DNA of 64,000 nucleotides from Candidatus Bathyarchaeota archaeon (GCA_963706285.1 CAVPLU010000004.1:414654-478653), one strand, 5' to 3'. Counted from the first letter of the stretch, positions 40,867 to 51,831 are shown. Notes: generated by a model from the sequence alone, not told the origin. Numbers and translations are program-made.

Positions 40867-42060
40867 TTACTTGTACTTGTGGAATCCCCGCGAGGCCTTT
40901 CTGCCAAGCCATCCGTTCTTCACATACTCGAGAAGAAGCGGACACGGCTCGTACATTGGTTCGGGATGTTTCGCATGCAATTCGTTCAAATTCTTGACAA
41001 CCGCGTCTATGCCCATCTTGTCGGCGAGTTCACATGGTCCCGAGGGCCAGCCTGTCCCGAACTTCATCGCCGTGTCAATGTCCGCCGGGCTGGCTACGTC
41101 GTCGTGAACCAGCCACGCAGCGGCGTTGGCTGCCATCGTGTAGAGCCTATTCGGGTCGAATTTGTCAGCGAGTTCAAATGGTATTCGAGGTCGTCCAGTG
41201 CTCCAGGAGTAGAAGCCTTCCCCGGTCTTCTGGCCTAGTTTTCCCGCTTTGACCAAGGGCTGGTAGATTGGGCAAGCCTTGGCTCGCGCACCAAGGGCAT
41301 CCTCCATCTCTCTCGCTACGCTATTGAGGATGTCAAGGCCGACAAAGTCTGCCAGTTCGAATATTCCCATCGGAAAGCCTGCTTGATACTTCATCGCTGC
41401 GTCGATCTCATCCCTCGTTGCTTCTTTTCGTTCGACGGTCCAGAACGCTTCATTGAAGACAGCTGCCAGAATTCCATTCACAATGAATCCTCTGACATCC
41501 TTCTTCACCAACACAGGTGTCTTTCCCAGTTTCTTCGCCAGATCCAAAGCGAACTTCGTCGTTTCCTCGCTAGTCTGTGCCCCCTTGATGATCTCAAGGA
41601 GCGGCATCATTTGTGGTGGGTTGAAGAAATGCAGTCCAACAACTTTGTCAGGTCTGCTTGTTACCTTTCCTAGCTCCGTTATGCTGAGCGTTGAGGTATT
41701 TGATCCGAAGATCGCGTGTTTTGGAGCTGCAAGTTCCATCTGTGCGAAGAGTTTCTTCTTCATTTCGAGGTTCTCGGGAGCCGCCTCAATGATAAGATCC
41801 GCATCCTTGAAGGCCTCGTTCATGTTCGTGGTCGTGTGGAGACGTGCCATGGCCGCGTCTGCATCGGCCTTGTTGACCGTTCTCTTCTCAACGAATTTCT
41901 CAATGCTCCATTGTATCTTCTGCCGCGCCTTCGCGAGGATTTCATCGTTTACGTCAACAATAGTCACGTCAGTGCCAGTCATGATGAGTAATTGTGCTAT
42001 ACCGTGGCCCATCGATCCGGCTCCAATGACTGCGGCTTTTCTCAGAGGTTGAGTAGCCAT
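40867..42060 (-). CDS. 3-hydroxyacyl-CoA dehydrogenase
   Basis: GAGSMGHGIA, EAAPE, SNTSTL, HFFNP, GFIVN, duplicated C-terminal domain. Confidence 0.93.
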   Translation of the reverse strand: MATQPLRKAAVIGAGSMGHGIAQLLIMTGTDVTIVDVNDEILAKARQKIQWSIEKFVEKRTVNKADADAAMARLHTTTNMNEAFKDADLIIEAAPENLEMKKKLFAQMELAAPKHAIFGSNTSTLSITELGKVTSRPDKVVGLHFFNPPQMMPLLEIIKGAQTSEETTKFALDLAKKLGKTPVLVKKDVRGFIVNGILAAVFNEAFWTVERKEATRDEIDAAMKYQAGFPMGIFELADFVGLDILNSVAREMEDALGARAKACPIYQPLVKAGKLGQKTGEGFYSWSTGRPRIPFELADKFDPNRLYTMAANAAAWLVHDDVASPADIDTAMKFGTGWPSGPCELADKMGIDAVVKNLNELHAKHPEPMYEPCPLLLEYVKNGWLGRKASRGFHKYK

Positions 42061-42103
42061 CAAAATCACATCGAATATTGTCGTCCACGTCTAGGTATTT
42101 CAC

Positions 42104-42544
42104 TTATTGGATCGGCACGAGTTCGTAGCTGGATCCTTCAGACGATGGCTTCCCAGCAAGTTTCACTTTCATGCCAACCTTCGCTTGACCAAGTTTCACA
42201 CCTGAGAGCCATGCGAGCACCTTCACGCCTTGCTTCAGTCTGGCCACTGCTACCGTGTAGGTTTCCTGCTCGGCGAAACTTGGCGGTCGAACGATTACAT
42301 GAGTGAAGGTCTCGATCTCTCCTTCCTCCCCTGTAAGGTCGATCCATTCCATGTCTGATGTGAGACATTCTCCGCAATCCGCGGTTGGTGGGAAGTACTT
42401 GTGTCCACATTTCTTGCATTTAGTACCGTAGACTTTTCCGTTCTCAAGTTCATCCCAGAACTTCGATATCTTGTTGGTAGGAATGTCAAATGCGAAGGTC
42501 ATTGGTCTGGACTTCAATGCTCGTGTTGGAGGACCAAACGCCAT
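42104..42544 (-). CDS. DUF35 Zn-ribbon/OB-fold thiolase partner
   Basis: CKKCG..FPP..DCGEC followed by an OB fold; adjacent to the thiolase. Confidence 0.9.
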   Translation of the reverse strand: MAFGPPTRALKSRPMTFAFDIPTNKISKFWDELENGKVYGTKCKKCGHKYFPPTADCGECLTSDMEWIDLTGEEGEIETFTHVIVRPPSFAEQETYTVAVARLKQGVKVLAWLSGVKLGQAKVGMKVKLAGKPSSEGSSYELVPIQ

Positions 42545-42545
42545 G

Positions 42546-43709
42546 TCAATTCCTCCCAAAAATCGTCACATATGCATAGTGCCCGGTTCCCCCGATGTTA
42601 TGTGTAAGGGCGTTGCCATGCTTGATGGGCACCTGCCTCTTGCCGGCTTCTCCTCGAAGCTGGCGCGTAACCTCTGCAGCCATGGAGACTCCAGTCGCGC
42701 CGATCGGGTGACCTTTCGACTTCAGCCCGCCGTCGACGTTGACGGGTATTTTGCCGCCGATTTCGGTCTGGCCTTCGCGAATCATCTTGCCCGCTCCTCC
42801 CTTCTCACAGAATTGAAGATCTTCATACGCAATCAGTTCAGCGATCGTGAAACAATCATGAACGGTCGCAACGTCCAAATGGTCCGGCCTAATCCTGGAG
42901 GCGGCGTAGGCTCTCTGTCCGGCGACAGCTCCGGAGCGCAGGGATGAGTATTCTTCGCGTTTGCTGATGTTGGCTGTTCCTGAAGAGATACCGAACGCCT
43001 TGATCCAGATCGGTGTATCAGTAAGTTTCTTCGCTACATCCTCGGAAGCCAAGACGACCGCAGCGGCTCCGTCGCTTACTGGGCAGCAGTCAAAGATCTT
43101 CAATGGCCATGCTATCACTCTTGACGATAGAACGTCCTCAATCTTCATTGACCTTTGAAGATGGGCGTACGGGTTCATGGCACCATACTTGTGATTCTTC
43201 ACTGCAACTCTGGCGAGGTCCTCCTCAGTGGTTCCATACTTATTCATGTGAGCGGTGGCATGAAGCGCATAATATGCCGGAAATGTCATGCCGAAGTTAT
43301 GGAATTCCCAGAGGTAGTAGCCAGCCCTTCCGATTAGTTCCACGGATGTTAGGATGTCAACCTCAGTCATCTTCTCAACCCCGATCGCCATGGCTATATC
43401 GGTTTGGCCGCTTGCAATCGCGTTGTATGCTGTCGCAACCGCGGCGCTGCCTGAAGCGCATGCAGCCTCACATCTGACCAGTCCTGCACCGGTCAGGCCT
43501 GCATATTCCGCAACAACGACTGCTGGAAGAAATTCCTCGTACCATCCGCCCGCGGTTCCCACAGCGACGAAACCAACATCCTTCTGCGTTATGCCCGCGT
43601 TCTGAATTGCGGGCTTTATCGCCTCGAACGCGAGTTCTGGAAGGTTAGCGTCGCGGCGGTCGCCGAAGACAGAATGTCCTATCCCTACAACGGCAACTCC
43701 TCGAGACAC
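42546..43709 (-). CDS. thiolase (archaeal/SCP-x type acetyl-CoA acyltransferase)
   Basis: EAACASG, GVEKM, VKNH, DCCPVSDGAAA, HDCFT, GHPIGATG, HNIGG. Confidence 0.93.
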   Translation of the reverse strand: MSRGVAVVGIGHSVFGDRRDANLPELAFEAIKPAIQNAGITQKDVGFVAVGTAGGWYEEFLPAVVVAEYAGLTGAGLVRCEAACASGSAAVATAYNAIASGQTDIAMAIGVEKMTEVDILTSVELIGRAGYYLWEFHNFGMTFPAYYALHATAHMNKYGTTEEDLARVAVKNHKYGAMNPYAHLQRSMKIEDVLSSRVIAWPLKIFDCCPVSDGAAAVVLASEDVAKKLTDTPIWIKAFGISSGTANISKREEYSSLRSGAVAGQRAYAASRIRPDHLDVATVHDCFTIAELIAYEDLQFCEKGGAGKMIREGQTEIGGKIPVNVDGGLKSKGHPIGATGVSMAAEVTRQLRGEAGKRQVPIKHGNALTHNIGGTGHYAYVTIFGRN

Positions 43710-43882
43710 AAAGATCCCACTCCTAATTTGAAATCGAAATTCGCGAACGAAGCTTGCCTGCGGCCGGCTTAAAGCTCTTATCACAACAGAGTACTCGATT
43801 CAGGTGCTTCTGCCTGCCGGCGATCCAAGAAATTGGGGTGTAACCACCACATGTCTTTTCCATCAATCGGACGCCCGTATCA

Positions 43883-44417
43883 ATGGTGGGGCATTTGGTG
43901 AAGTCTCCTTCTGAAGAATGGATTAACCTGTTCATGCAAACACTCAACGCGAACAAGAACTATGAAGATGCCGCGAAAACCTGGGAGGGCGATTTTCTCT
44001 TTCTAATCGACCCTGACGGAAGCATGAGCGAACCGTCGACCCTCTATCTTGACCTATGGCATGCAAAGTGCAGAAGTGCAGCGATGCTTAAGCCCGGCGA
44101 GCAGAAGAATGCCGCCTTCGTCTATTCTGGACCGTATGGGAAACTGGATGAGATTGATTAACCAGGAGATCGATCCGATTCAGGGCCTCTTGACCGGGAA
44201 GTTCAAACTCAAAGGTGACATGGCTAAAGATCTGCGAGCGGTCAGAGCGGCAAAGGAACTGGTAGAAACCGCCGGGAATGTCCCGGACCTGAATCGTCAA
44301 CTCAAAGAATACTACTCGCTTAGAGGATGGGATCCCAAGACCGGCCATCCGACCATGGAGAAACTTCGAGAACTCGAGCTTGAATCACTATCCCGCTACC
44401 TCCCAACCAAGAATTGA
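43883..44417 (+). CDS. SCP2 lipid-binding domain fused to an aldehyde:ferredoxin oxidoreductase C-terminal tail (frameshift near 44140)
   Basis: PSEEW...WEGDF...DLWHAKCR...DPIQGLLTGKFKLKGDM, then VPDLNRQLKEYYSLRGWD..TGHPT.EKLREL. Confidence 0.75.
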
Positions 44418-44579
44418 TCTTGATCGCCTGAACGATCCTCACCGTAATGGCAGAGTATGTCTCCAAGTCAAACCAGATCTGTAGATTGCAGCCGTGGCTA
44501 TGTTTAGTTGCCTTTGTATGGTTGGAGTTGTTGAGAAGGGTTTTATCAAAAGCACCTGTTCACCTAGGGGTGAACTGCT

Positions 44580-45273
44580 TTGAAGGACGAGGTGATACTG
44601 AAACAACTCGCGGATGCGATCGTGAAGGGCGACTCTGAGACGGCTGAAGCGAAGGCCAAGGTCATCTCCCAGTACGCGAAGAGCCCCAGCGAAGCACTTG
44701 ACGACCTCTACGACGCGTTCAGAACAGCAGAGAGCCTACACATGGTGGGCGAGTATAACGATGATCGATTCACTGCTTCTGCCAATGCGGCTCGAGCGTC
44801 TTTGAATGTCCTCAAGGTGAATCTGAAACCTAGACAGACACGCTTCACCGCAAGAATCTGCATTGGACCCGTCTCAGGTGGAAATGATGTGATGAGCGCG
44901 ATCATGGGAGCGATGCTAACCGCCGCGGGCTGCGAAACGATCGATATCTCAAGAGCCACAACAGCGAAGGAGCTGCTTAGAAATGCCGAGCAGAACCGCG
45001 CCGAACTCCTAGTTGTGAGCTTCAATGAGAAGACCGCGAATCTTGTGAAGGAGTTTGTGAGCGAGTTTGAGTCAGGCGGATTTCGAAACAAGTTCAATGC
45101 AATCGCGTTCGCCCGAGGATCTCAATCAATAACGAATGAATCCGGCGCATTCGCGTTCGTGGCACATGAACCTCTCGAACTGCTAAGCCAAGACAACGGA
45201 GTATCTCATAAGAAATAAGGGAAAACGCAGCTCTTACTTGGATCGGGTTCGACGCCTCGGTAGACGACTCTAA
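44580..45273 (+). CDS. corrinoid-protein-like (cap plus Rossmann domain) lacking the DxHxxG motif; probable frameshift near 45190
   Basis: ILKQLADAIVKGD cap, then ICIGPVSGGNDVMSAIMGAMLTAAGCETIDI. Confidence 0.65.
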
Positions 45274-45281
45274 CCTGCCTT

Positions 45282-46037
45282 CTACAAGCCTTTCTTTGCT
45301 TTTCCCTGCGCTGCCACAGATTCGATCGCTTCCCTGATTCTCTCTTCATCACCGAGATAGTAGTGCCTGATCGGCTTGAGGTCATTGTTGAGTTCATAGA
45401 CAAGCGGGATACCAGTCGGAATGTTGAGGCTGACAATCTCTTCCTCAGATACGTTGTCGAGGTACTTCACGAGCGCCCTCAGGCTGTTGCCGTGTGCTGA
45501 GACAAGGACTCTCTTTCCAGTCTTTATTGTTGGGGCAAGGGTCTCATGCCAATACGGTAGGAACCGGTTTACCGTGTCCTTGAGCGATTCACAGACCGGT
45601 ATGTCTTTCTCATTCAATTCACTGTACCGCGGGTCCGAACCAAGGTAACGTTTGTCAGTCTTCTCAAGCGCGGGCGGTCGTATGTCGTAGCTTCTTCTCC
45701 AAAGGAGCACCTGCTCTTCGCCATACCGGGAAGCCATCTCAGCTTTGTCAAGTCCCTGCAGTGCGCCGTAGTGGCGTTCGTTCAAACGCCAGTGATTGTG
45801 AACCGGTATCCACATCTGGTCTAGCTCGTCGAGCATAATCCAGAGCGTGCGTATGGCACGTTTGAGGACTGAAGTGTACGCGACATCAAACACGTACCCT
45901 TCCTTACGTAGTGTCTGTCCAGCTTCGCGGGCCTCCTGAACTCCCTTTTCGGAGAGGTCAACGTCAGTCCATCCAGTGAATTTGTTCTCCTTGTTCCACG
46001 TGCTCTCGCCATGTCTAACCAATACCAGCTTGTACAT
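45282..46037 (-). CDS. gpmA: 2,3-bisphosphoglycerate-dependent phosphoglycerate mutase
   Basis: [44 protein letters not shown]. Confidence 0.96.
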   Translation of the reverse strand: MYKLVLVRHGESTWNKENKFTGWTDVDLSEKGVQEAREAGQTLRKEGYVFDVAYTSVLKRAIRTLWIMLDELDQMWIPVHNHWRLNERHYGALQGLDKAEMASRYGEEQVLLWRRSYDIRPPALEKTDKRYLGSDPRYSELNEKDIPVCESLKDTVNRFLPYWHETLAPTIKTGKRVLVSAHGNSLRALVKYLDNVSEEEIVSLNIPTGIPLVYELNNDLKPIRHYYLGDEERIREAIESVAAQGKAKKGL

Positions 46038-46248
46038 AGCGATCTCGCCCTCCGTGAACGCTCTTATGTCCCGTTTGTTTGGCTTGAGTTGTCGATGAAG
46101 TATATCTTAGGCTTACTGAAGAATGCAGCGACACTACCGCACTCTCATCGCAGATTAAGGTGTCAAGCAGACAATCTTGACGCGATTGTTCGTCAATCAT
46201 ATATCTCGCCATCCATCTTGGCAAGGCAAAGAATTCCCAAACCTGAGC

Positions 46249-47408
46249 GTGTGAACACTGGAGCCAAGAAACCGGATCATCATCTCTCTCATCCTACTCG
46301 TCATCATGGCAGGTTTCGTTTACCCAGCCGCGGCTCAAAGTGACAAGCTTGGATATCTGAGGATCAAGGCGCAATACCCGATCCAGGTTCCGCGTTCTTA
46401 CACTTTCCAGGTTAACGTAACGGTGCAGTATGCTTTTCGTGAATATTATGAGATCCAAGCCGCAGTGTACGAGGGACCAAAGGGAACGCTTGGAAACCAG
46501 CTATGGCAAAGCGCGGCGGAACGTCTCATTGACGTAAGCGAGAAGACGTACAAGATACAACTAAAGTCGCCAGCCCAGGAAGGTCAATGGATCATCACTG
46601 GGTACGCATTCTATCATATCACGTCTGGGTCAGGCTACTTCAGCGATCAGGAACGTGGACCGGGTTTTGTTGAGATGCGCATCAAGGTTGCTGATAATGC
46701 GAAGCTCACGTTGCGAACGCCACACGGCAACATGCCCGTGTCCGTGGACGGAACCGCGTTGACAACAGACAAGGATGGAATGCTGGTCCACGAAGTGAAG
46801 GTGCTGACTGACCACTCGATTGCGGCCCCCGGAGAATGTATCGATGGCGGAGGGTTGGCGAGCAATGTTTCGAAGCTGGAATGGAACCGACCATCAGAAC
46901 CCGAAGACCTTGAAGGTCACCAAAGACGTGCTGTTGACAGTTGACTATCAGGATGAATTCCGACTTGACGTGATTTCTGATCCAGGTTACGGCGTCGGAG
47001 CGGGTTGGTATCAATCCGGTGCAGTGGCTAACTTCTCGGTGCCCATGTATGTTCCTCAGCCAGGCCTAGGCGGAATTGTTGGAATAAGACTGCATTTCAC
47101 AGGATGGAGCGGCGATATCGCGAGCAAAACGAACAGCGAATCTGTGGTTATGGACCATCCGTACAGGGTGGTTGCAAACTGGACCATCGACTATCAGCAG
47201 TCATACTACCTGATCATAGGCGCCATTATTCTAGTTGCGGCTGCGGTGGTCGCGTTCGTCGCACGCCGAGCAATAGCAAAGAAAGTTCCAGCAGAAGAAG
47301 AGTCTGCGCCTGCCGCGAGAACATTCTGCATGCATTGCGGAGCCGAAATTGATCCGGACGCGAAGTTCTGCTCCAAATGTGGAGAGAATCAGGTCACGTT
47401 CGGAGTAG
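46249..47408 (+). CDS. secreted beta-rich surface protein with C-terminal TM and cytoplasmic zinc ribbon (frameshifts)
   Basis: Signal-like IISLILLVIMAGF..AAAQ, GAGWY..G and FTGWSGD repeat-domain motifs, TM helix, FCMHCG..KFCSKCG; ends approximate. Confidence 0.75.
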
Positions 47409-47941
47409 CCGCACTCGTTCGTCTCGGCAGAAGTGTCTCTGTGGCTTTGATTGTGTAGTCGCCGATTTCTGGAATGAAGTGGTCGAGCACAATTACCAGA
47501 AATGCTACAGAGAATATGCCTAGGATTAGGCCGGTGGGGTAGTGCGCCAAATACCATGGCAGGATGCCCAGCGTAGAGTAGCCAAATCTCTAACGCGATT
47601 CTCCCAATATTCGCGAAATAGATGAGAACGGCGACGCTGACGATCGCGATCGCTTTCCTCTTCCAAGCTATCTTAGGAAACGGGATCAGAATGCCCGCGA
47701 AGATGGCTGTGACCTGTATGCCCGTGCACATGCGCTCAATCTCAAACTCGTTAACAAAGGCGCGGCCGTCCACAACACGCGACGCTGCAGGAATCCCGAT
47801 CCAATTCAGCAGTGTGGCTGAATGATCGGCTATGATCTTCTCGAGGATGAAGTAGTTCGGCAGATAGTACAGACTGGCCGAGAGAGCCGCCACTATGAAT
47901 GCGTAGACTGCAATGGAACGTAGCTCAGCCAGCCTATCCAA
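47394..47941 (-). CDS. archaeosortase/exosortase family membrane protein (frameshift near 47570)
   Basis: IERMCTGIQ (Cys), NIGRI (Arg), reframed WYLAHYP (His); multi-TM. Confidence 0.82.
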
Positions 47942-48103
47942 TAGGGCCTCCTCAATGATGCTGATTGCGTCCTATCGGAGCCTTGAATGTTGCTATCCGC
48001 TCATAGTTGGTTCTTGCGTGTCGACAGTGCCATTTTCGACAGACATACGGCAATCTGTTGCACACATCAATCATGCGGCTTTGAGGGTTCAGCTTGTCGT
48101 TCG

Positions 48104-49382
48104 TTATCTGTCCAGTTGCTCTTCTAGGGGGGTCGATTCTTGCCAGAGAGCCTCGAACATGTCGTTGAGATGCCGCACGCCTTCTTTGCTTGTGATGCGG
48201 ATCATCCAGTCCGTGCGACTCTCCAGCTGGGGAGAGTCAGGATCCAGATAGTAGATGCTGCCATCTGTATCATCCATCAGGGTCATACTGAATCCGATAG
48301 GATTCTCTGTATGACGAACCTCAGCGAACTTGGCCAATGCCTTTACTGCCGTTGCATTATGATCTGAGAGTCTGCAGATTATTCGGATTCTCACTCCTCG
48401 TTTGTGAGCACGCAGATACGCTTCGCCGAGCCCTTTCATTAGTCGTACCGGCCCGTACCGGGTTGGGGCATAGAATTTGATGCTCTCCTTTGCAGCGTTC
48501 ATCTCGTTCTCACTTTGGATGTAGGCCTCCTCTCGACCGCGTATGATGCGGCTAGCGTCGCCTGGAGGGCGCTGGCCAAGAAGCACAGCTTCACGAACAG
48601 CAAATGGTGTCGATTCCCTCCAAAGGAGGTCGAAGAACTGTCGCATGATCTGTACAGTTGGACGATAGGTGCTGACAAGCTGAACCGTCTGGGACTGGAT
48701 TGTTGATTGGTTCTTGTGCAAGGGAGACTGCTATGGATTTGTCATCTATCCCGTACACGTATGCTGGGATTGGTTGATAGTGTGAGATTTCGGCGGTAGC
48801 GGTCATTTTCCTAATTTGCTTTAGGTTCTTCTTATCGATCTCAACGATGAGTTTCGTCTTGACACCCCTCGACGCGAGCGATCGAAGGCCTTCTGCAAGA
48901 AGGCTGTCTGAAACGTGCGGCGGCCTTCTCCGCCCCGCCATTCCCCAAAACTCCTTCTGTGCGGACTTGGCAGATTCCAGCAGATGCGCTCGCGCAGGCT
49001 GCGGCCCATAGATGACGCGTATCTCCTCCGGCTTCGTTCCCTTGCTGTTCTTCGCGAGCCCTTCCAGCTTTGCTGCCAGTTGCTCTGATTCTTTCACAAT
49101 TCTGTCAAGCTGATCTCTGTTCTTCACAGCCAAGCGAGACAACGCATGCTGAGCATTGGCCGGTCTGTATCGTTTGGGTCTGTCAATGGTTTCTTCGACA
49201 AGACCTTTTGAGACAAGCGCCGAGAGTAGCGTGTAGATCTGGGTTCTTTGCAGATGCGATTCACGTGATATCTGAACTGCCGTGCAAGCGCCCAGACTCA
49301 GGACAGCGAAGTATGCTTTGCATTCGTTTTCTGTCAGGCCTAACGTTTGCAGTTTTCCCATTAGTTCAGACGAGGTCGCCAA
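48104..49382 (-). CDS. TrmB family regulator with two effector domains (frameshift near 48690)
   Basis: LGLTENECKAY...LVSKGLVE..PKRY; two domains each ending FF/MF..LW.ESTP. Confidence 0.85.
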
Positions 49383-49477
49383 CTCCGTCTGCCGTAATTT
49401 CTAAAATGGCTCCTTGTATCATCAAAAACATACATCTGTTTATATGTCTTCTATGCGAGGTGTCGAGTGTGTCCGTC

Positions 49478-49774
49478 ATGTTTCCTCTAGAACAAAAGAC
49501 CGTACAAATAGGGAATCGAACGCGCCTAGAAATCCTCGCAAGCATCCTGAAAGTTGCGTCAAATGGGTCATTGAAGACGCACATCATGTACAAGGCGAAT
49601 CTGAGTCACCGACAACTGGAGAAGTACCTTGCTTTTCTAGAGGAAAGAGGACTACTTGCAGAGGGCATAGACGAGGGCACGGGCAGTCGAATCTACCGAA
49701 TCAGCGAGAAAGGATTCGACTTTCTCCGAGAGTACTCGCACGTCTCAGGCTACTTCACTGGAAACACCGCATAG
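49478..49774 (+). CDS. winged-helix regulator (HTH_45 type)
   Basis: RTRLEILASIL...KTHIMYKANLS...YRISEKG..FL. Confidence 0.88.
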   Translation: MFPLEQKTVQIGNRTRLEILASILKVASNGSLKTHIMYKANLSHRQLEKYLAFLEERGLLAEGIDEGTGSRIYRISEKGFDFLREYSHVSGYFTGNTA

Positions 49775-49963
49775 TGGCACTGGATGAGCGTCGCGTAATC
49801 TCTCGGTTACGTACTCGATATTCGAGTGTCTCGACAGTAGAACTCGCTCCATCCGCATTCTTGCACGTGATTCCTCCAGTATTATATACGCATGAATCAT
49901 GCATCAACATGTTCGCGAATGATGAAGAAAGCACCTCTGCCGATCAAGGCGGTTCAGTGACAT

Positions 49964-50227
49964 ATGGCTCACCGCTTTCCTCGACGTGGCGTGATTGATA
50001 AGATCTGGTCAATCGCTGCAGACGGACGATGGCATTCGCGGCGTAGCCTCATTGATCAGATTCCGTTCAAGGCTACTGAAGTTGTGGCAGCTCTGGATTT
50101 TCTTGTGAAGTATGGGTTCGCTGAGTCATCAACTGCTGGAGAGGAAAAGTTCAGGATGATCACGGATGGTCCGTCTCCCATGGAGGCAGCGAATCTTCTG
50201 CGGGCTGTTCAGATAGACGCCCACTAG
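49964..50227 (+). CDS. small winged-helix-like protein
   Basis: DGRWHS...ALDFLVKYGF. Confidence 0.65.
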   Translation: MAHRFPRRGVIDKIWSIAADGRWHSRRSLIDQIPFKATEVVAALDFLVKYGFAESSTAGEEKFRMITDGPSPMEAANLLRAVQIDAH

Positions 50228-50350
50228 GCGGCATCGTGTGTTTGTGAGTAGTTGCGGGATGGATTCTTGTTCTAGAAAAGGCTTCCACAATCACCTTTTC
50301 ATAGCACCCATGACTTTGCCTCAAAACGGTCTCCAATCCGAGGAATACAC

Positions 50351-50662
50351 GTGGTAAATGGCAAGCGACAGTACCGTAGCCGCATTCAGATAGCGGCAGA
50401 CATACTGGAGATCGCGAAGGAGGGTTCCCGCAAGACGAAGATCATGTACATGGGGAACCTCAGCTTTGACCTTCTGCAGAAATACTTGGACTTGCTCGTG
50501 AACTATGACCTACTACAGGTCAGAGAGAAGCCCGAGAGAAGCTACGTTGCGACCGAGAAAGGCCAACGGTTTCTAGAAGACTACCGTGAACTTCAGAAGT
50601 ACTCAGAGATGGCTGAATCGAAGAAACGAGCCTTAGAGACAAGCCTAGCAGTAGCTCGGTGA
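50351..50662 (+). CDS. winged-helix regulator (HTH_45 type)
   Basis: YRSRIQIAADIL...KTKIMYMGNLS...TEKGQRFL. Confidence 0.88.
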   Translation: MVNGKRQYRSRIQIAADILEIAKEGSRKTKIMYMGNLSFDLLQKYLDLLVNYDLLQVREKPERSYVATEKGQRFLEDYRELQKYSEMAESKKRALETSLAVAR

Positions 50663-50715
50663 AGCGAGCACATTCTCCGTCAAGGGGGCGGCGACTGTTC
50701 CGTAGGTTTTGTGCG

Positions 50716-50910
50716 CTAGCGTTGAAGGAGTTCTATTGGATATCCTTTCGGTTTCAGTTTTGCATACTGAGTATCTTCGTCGGCTGTTATGCACTTGATC
50801 TTCTTCATCACTGCTAATGCTACGGGGATCGCATCATACATAGTCACGTTTCCCCTGAACGCGGTGGCTTCCGCGAGTCCATCAAGCCCGCAAGGACCAG
50901 TAAGGTCCAC
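50716..50910 (-). pseudogene. VapC/PIN toxin C-terminal fragment
   Basis: TMYDAIPVALA...CITADE; the N-terminal PIN motif is missing and tnpB-derived DNA abuts it. Confidence 0.7.
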
Positions 50911-50914
50911 ATGT

Positions 50915-51153
50915 GGTTGGGATATCCAAATGCTCGAACAAGGCTCTCAACCGAAATAGGTAGGGCAGGTTCGAGTGAGGAGGCATCGTGAATATGGTGG
51001 CTCGCTGCGGCGGGTACGCTGTCAGGCCAATGGTTTGGCCTATGCTTCTACACTGGGATGGATGCGGTGGAACCGCAACAACGGAATGCCCACCCAACAA
51101 AGGATCAGAGTGGAAGCCTGAATCTCCCGACTTTTAGTCGCGGAGAGAATCAA
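50915..51153 (+). mobile_element. decayed tnpB 3' end plus IS200/IS605 right end (copy A)
   Basis: Broken translation ..KCSNKALNRNR*GRFE*..GIVNM..PMLLHWDGC.WNRNNGMPTQQRIRVEA*; hairpin CTCCCGACT-TTT-AGTCGCGGAG followed by TCAA. Confidence 0.75.
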
Positions 51154-51312
51154 TGACCCACACAGCGGAGAACCTGAAGGCCGAAAGCGTGGAGCTCTCC
51201 CCTCAGGACTCAGAAAGCCAACAAACACAGACGCGATTTGGCTAGCTTGCTGATGTTGTTAACATATTGATCAGACGTTAACTATTTATCTCCAAGCGTC
51301 CAATATTCTGTC

Positions 51313-51831
51313 ATGCCTGTTGTTACGAATACCTCGCCAGTAATCCTCTTAGCGAGAATCGGAAGACTGAGACTGCTGAGGGAGCTGTACGGGAGTGTGC
51401 TCATGCCTCCGTTTGTCAAGGCAGAATGCATTGACAAGGGAAGAGAGACCGGGGCCACAGACGTGCCAGAAATAGAGGGCGGCCTCGCGGAGGGTTGGGT
51501 TCAACTCGTCAGCTTGGACAAGGAGGAGACGGGGGAGGTCAAACGCCTGTTGCATGAGGCGAGGATAGGTCAGGGCGAGGCTGAGGCCCTTGTGCTGGCC
51601 AAGCGTAGGCACGCGTTGGCTGTGTTAGATGACAAAGAGGCGAGGGCTATAGCGAAGGGCTGGAATCTGGAACACACGAGCACGGTTATGGTTCTCTTTG
51701 AAGCCTTCAAGAGAGAATTCATCAGTTATGATGAGTTGGTTGAGGACTTGGCAAAGCTCACCAGTATCATGTGGATCTCAACCGACGTCATAACTGAAAT
51801 GATTCGAAGAGCGAAGGAGGTGAGAAGATGA
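51313..51831 (+). CDS. DUF3368 family PIN-domain protein
   Basis: VVTNTSPVILLARIG, GEAEALVLA, LDDKEAR. Confidence 0.88.
   Translation: MPVVTNTSPVILLARIGRLRLLRELYGSVLMPPFVKAECIDKGRETGATDVPEIEGGLAEGWVQLVSLDKEETGEVKRLLHEARIGQGEAEALVLAKRRHALAVLDDKEARAIAKGWNLEHTSTVMVLFEAFKREFISYDELVEDLAKLTSIMWISTDVITEMIRRAKEVRR

Noticed and set aside
41453-42052. Long antisense ORFs over conserved genes (also 14449-14970, 31664-32125, 16554-17123)
   Set aside because: Shadow frames of well-supported genes with no recognisable motifs.
51172-51207. CTGAAGG...GAAA segment resembling a hammerhead ribozyme core
   Set aside because: It lacks CUGANGA and the required three-stem arrangement.
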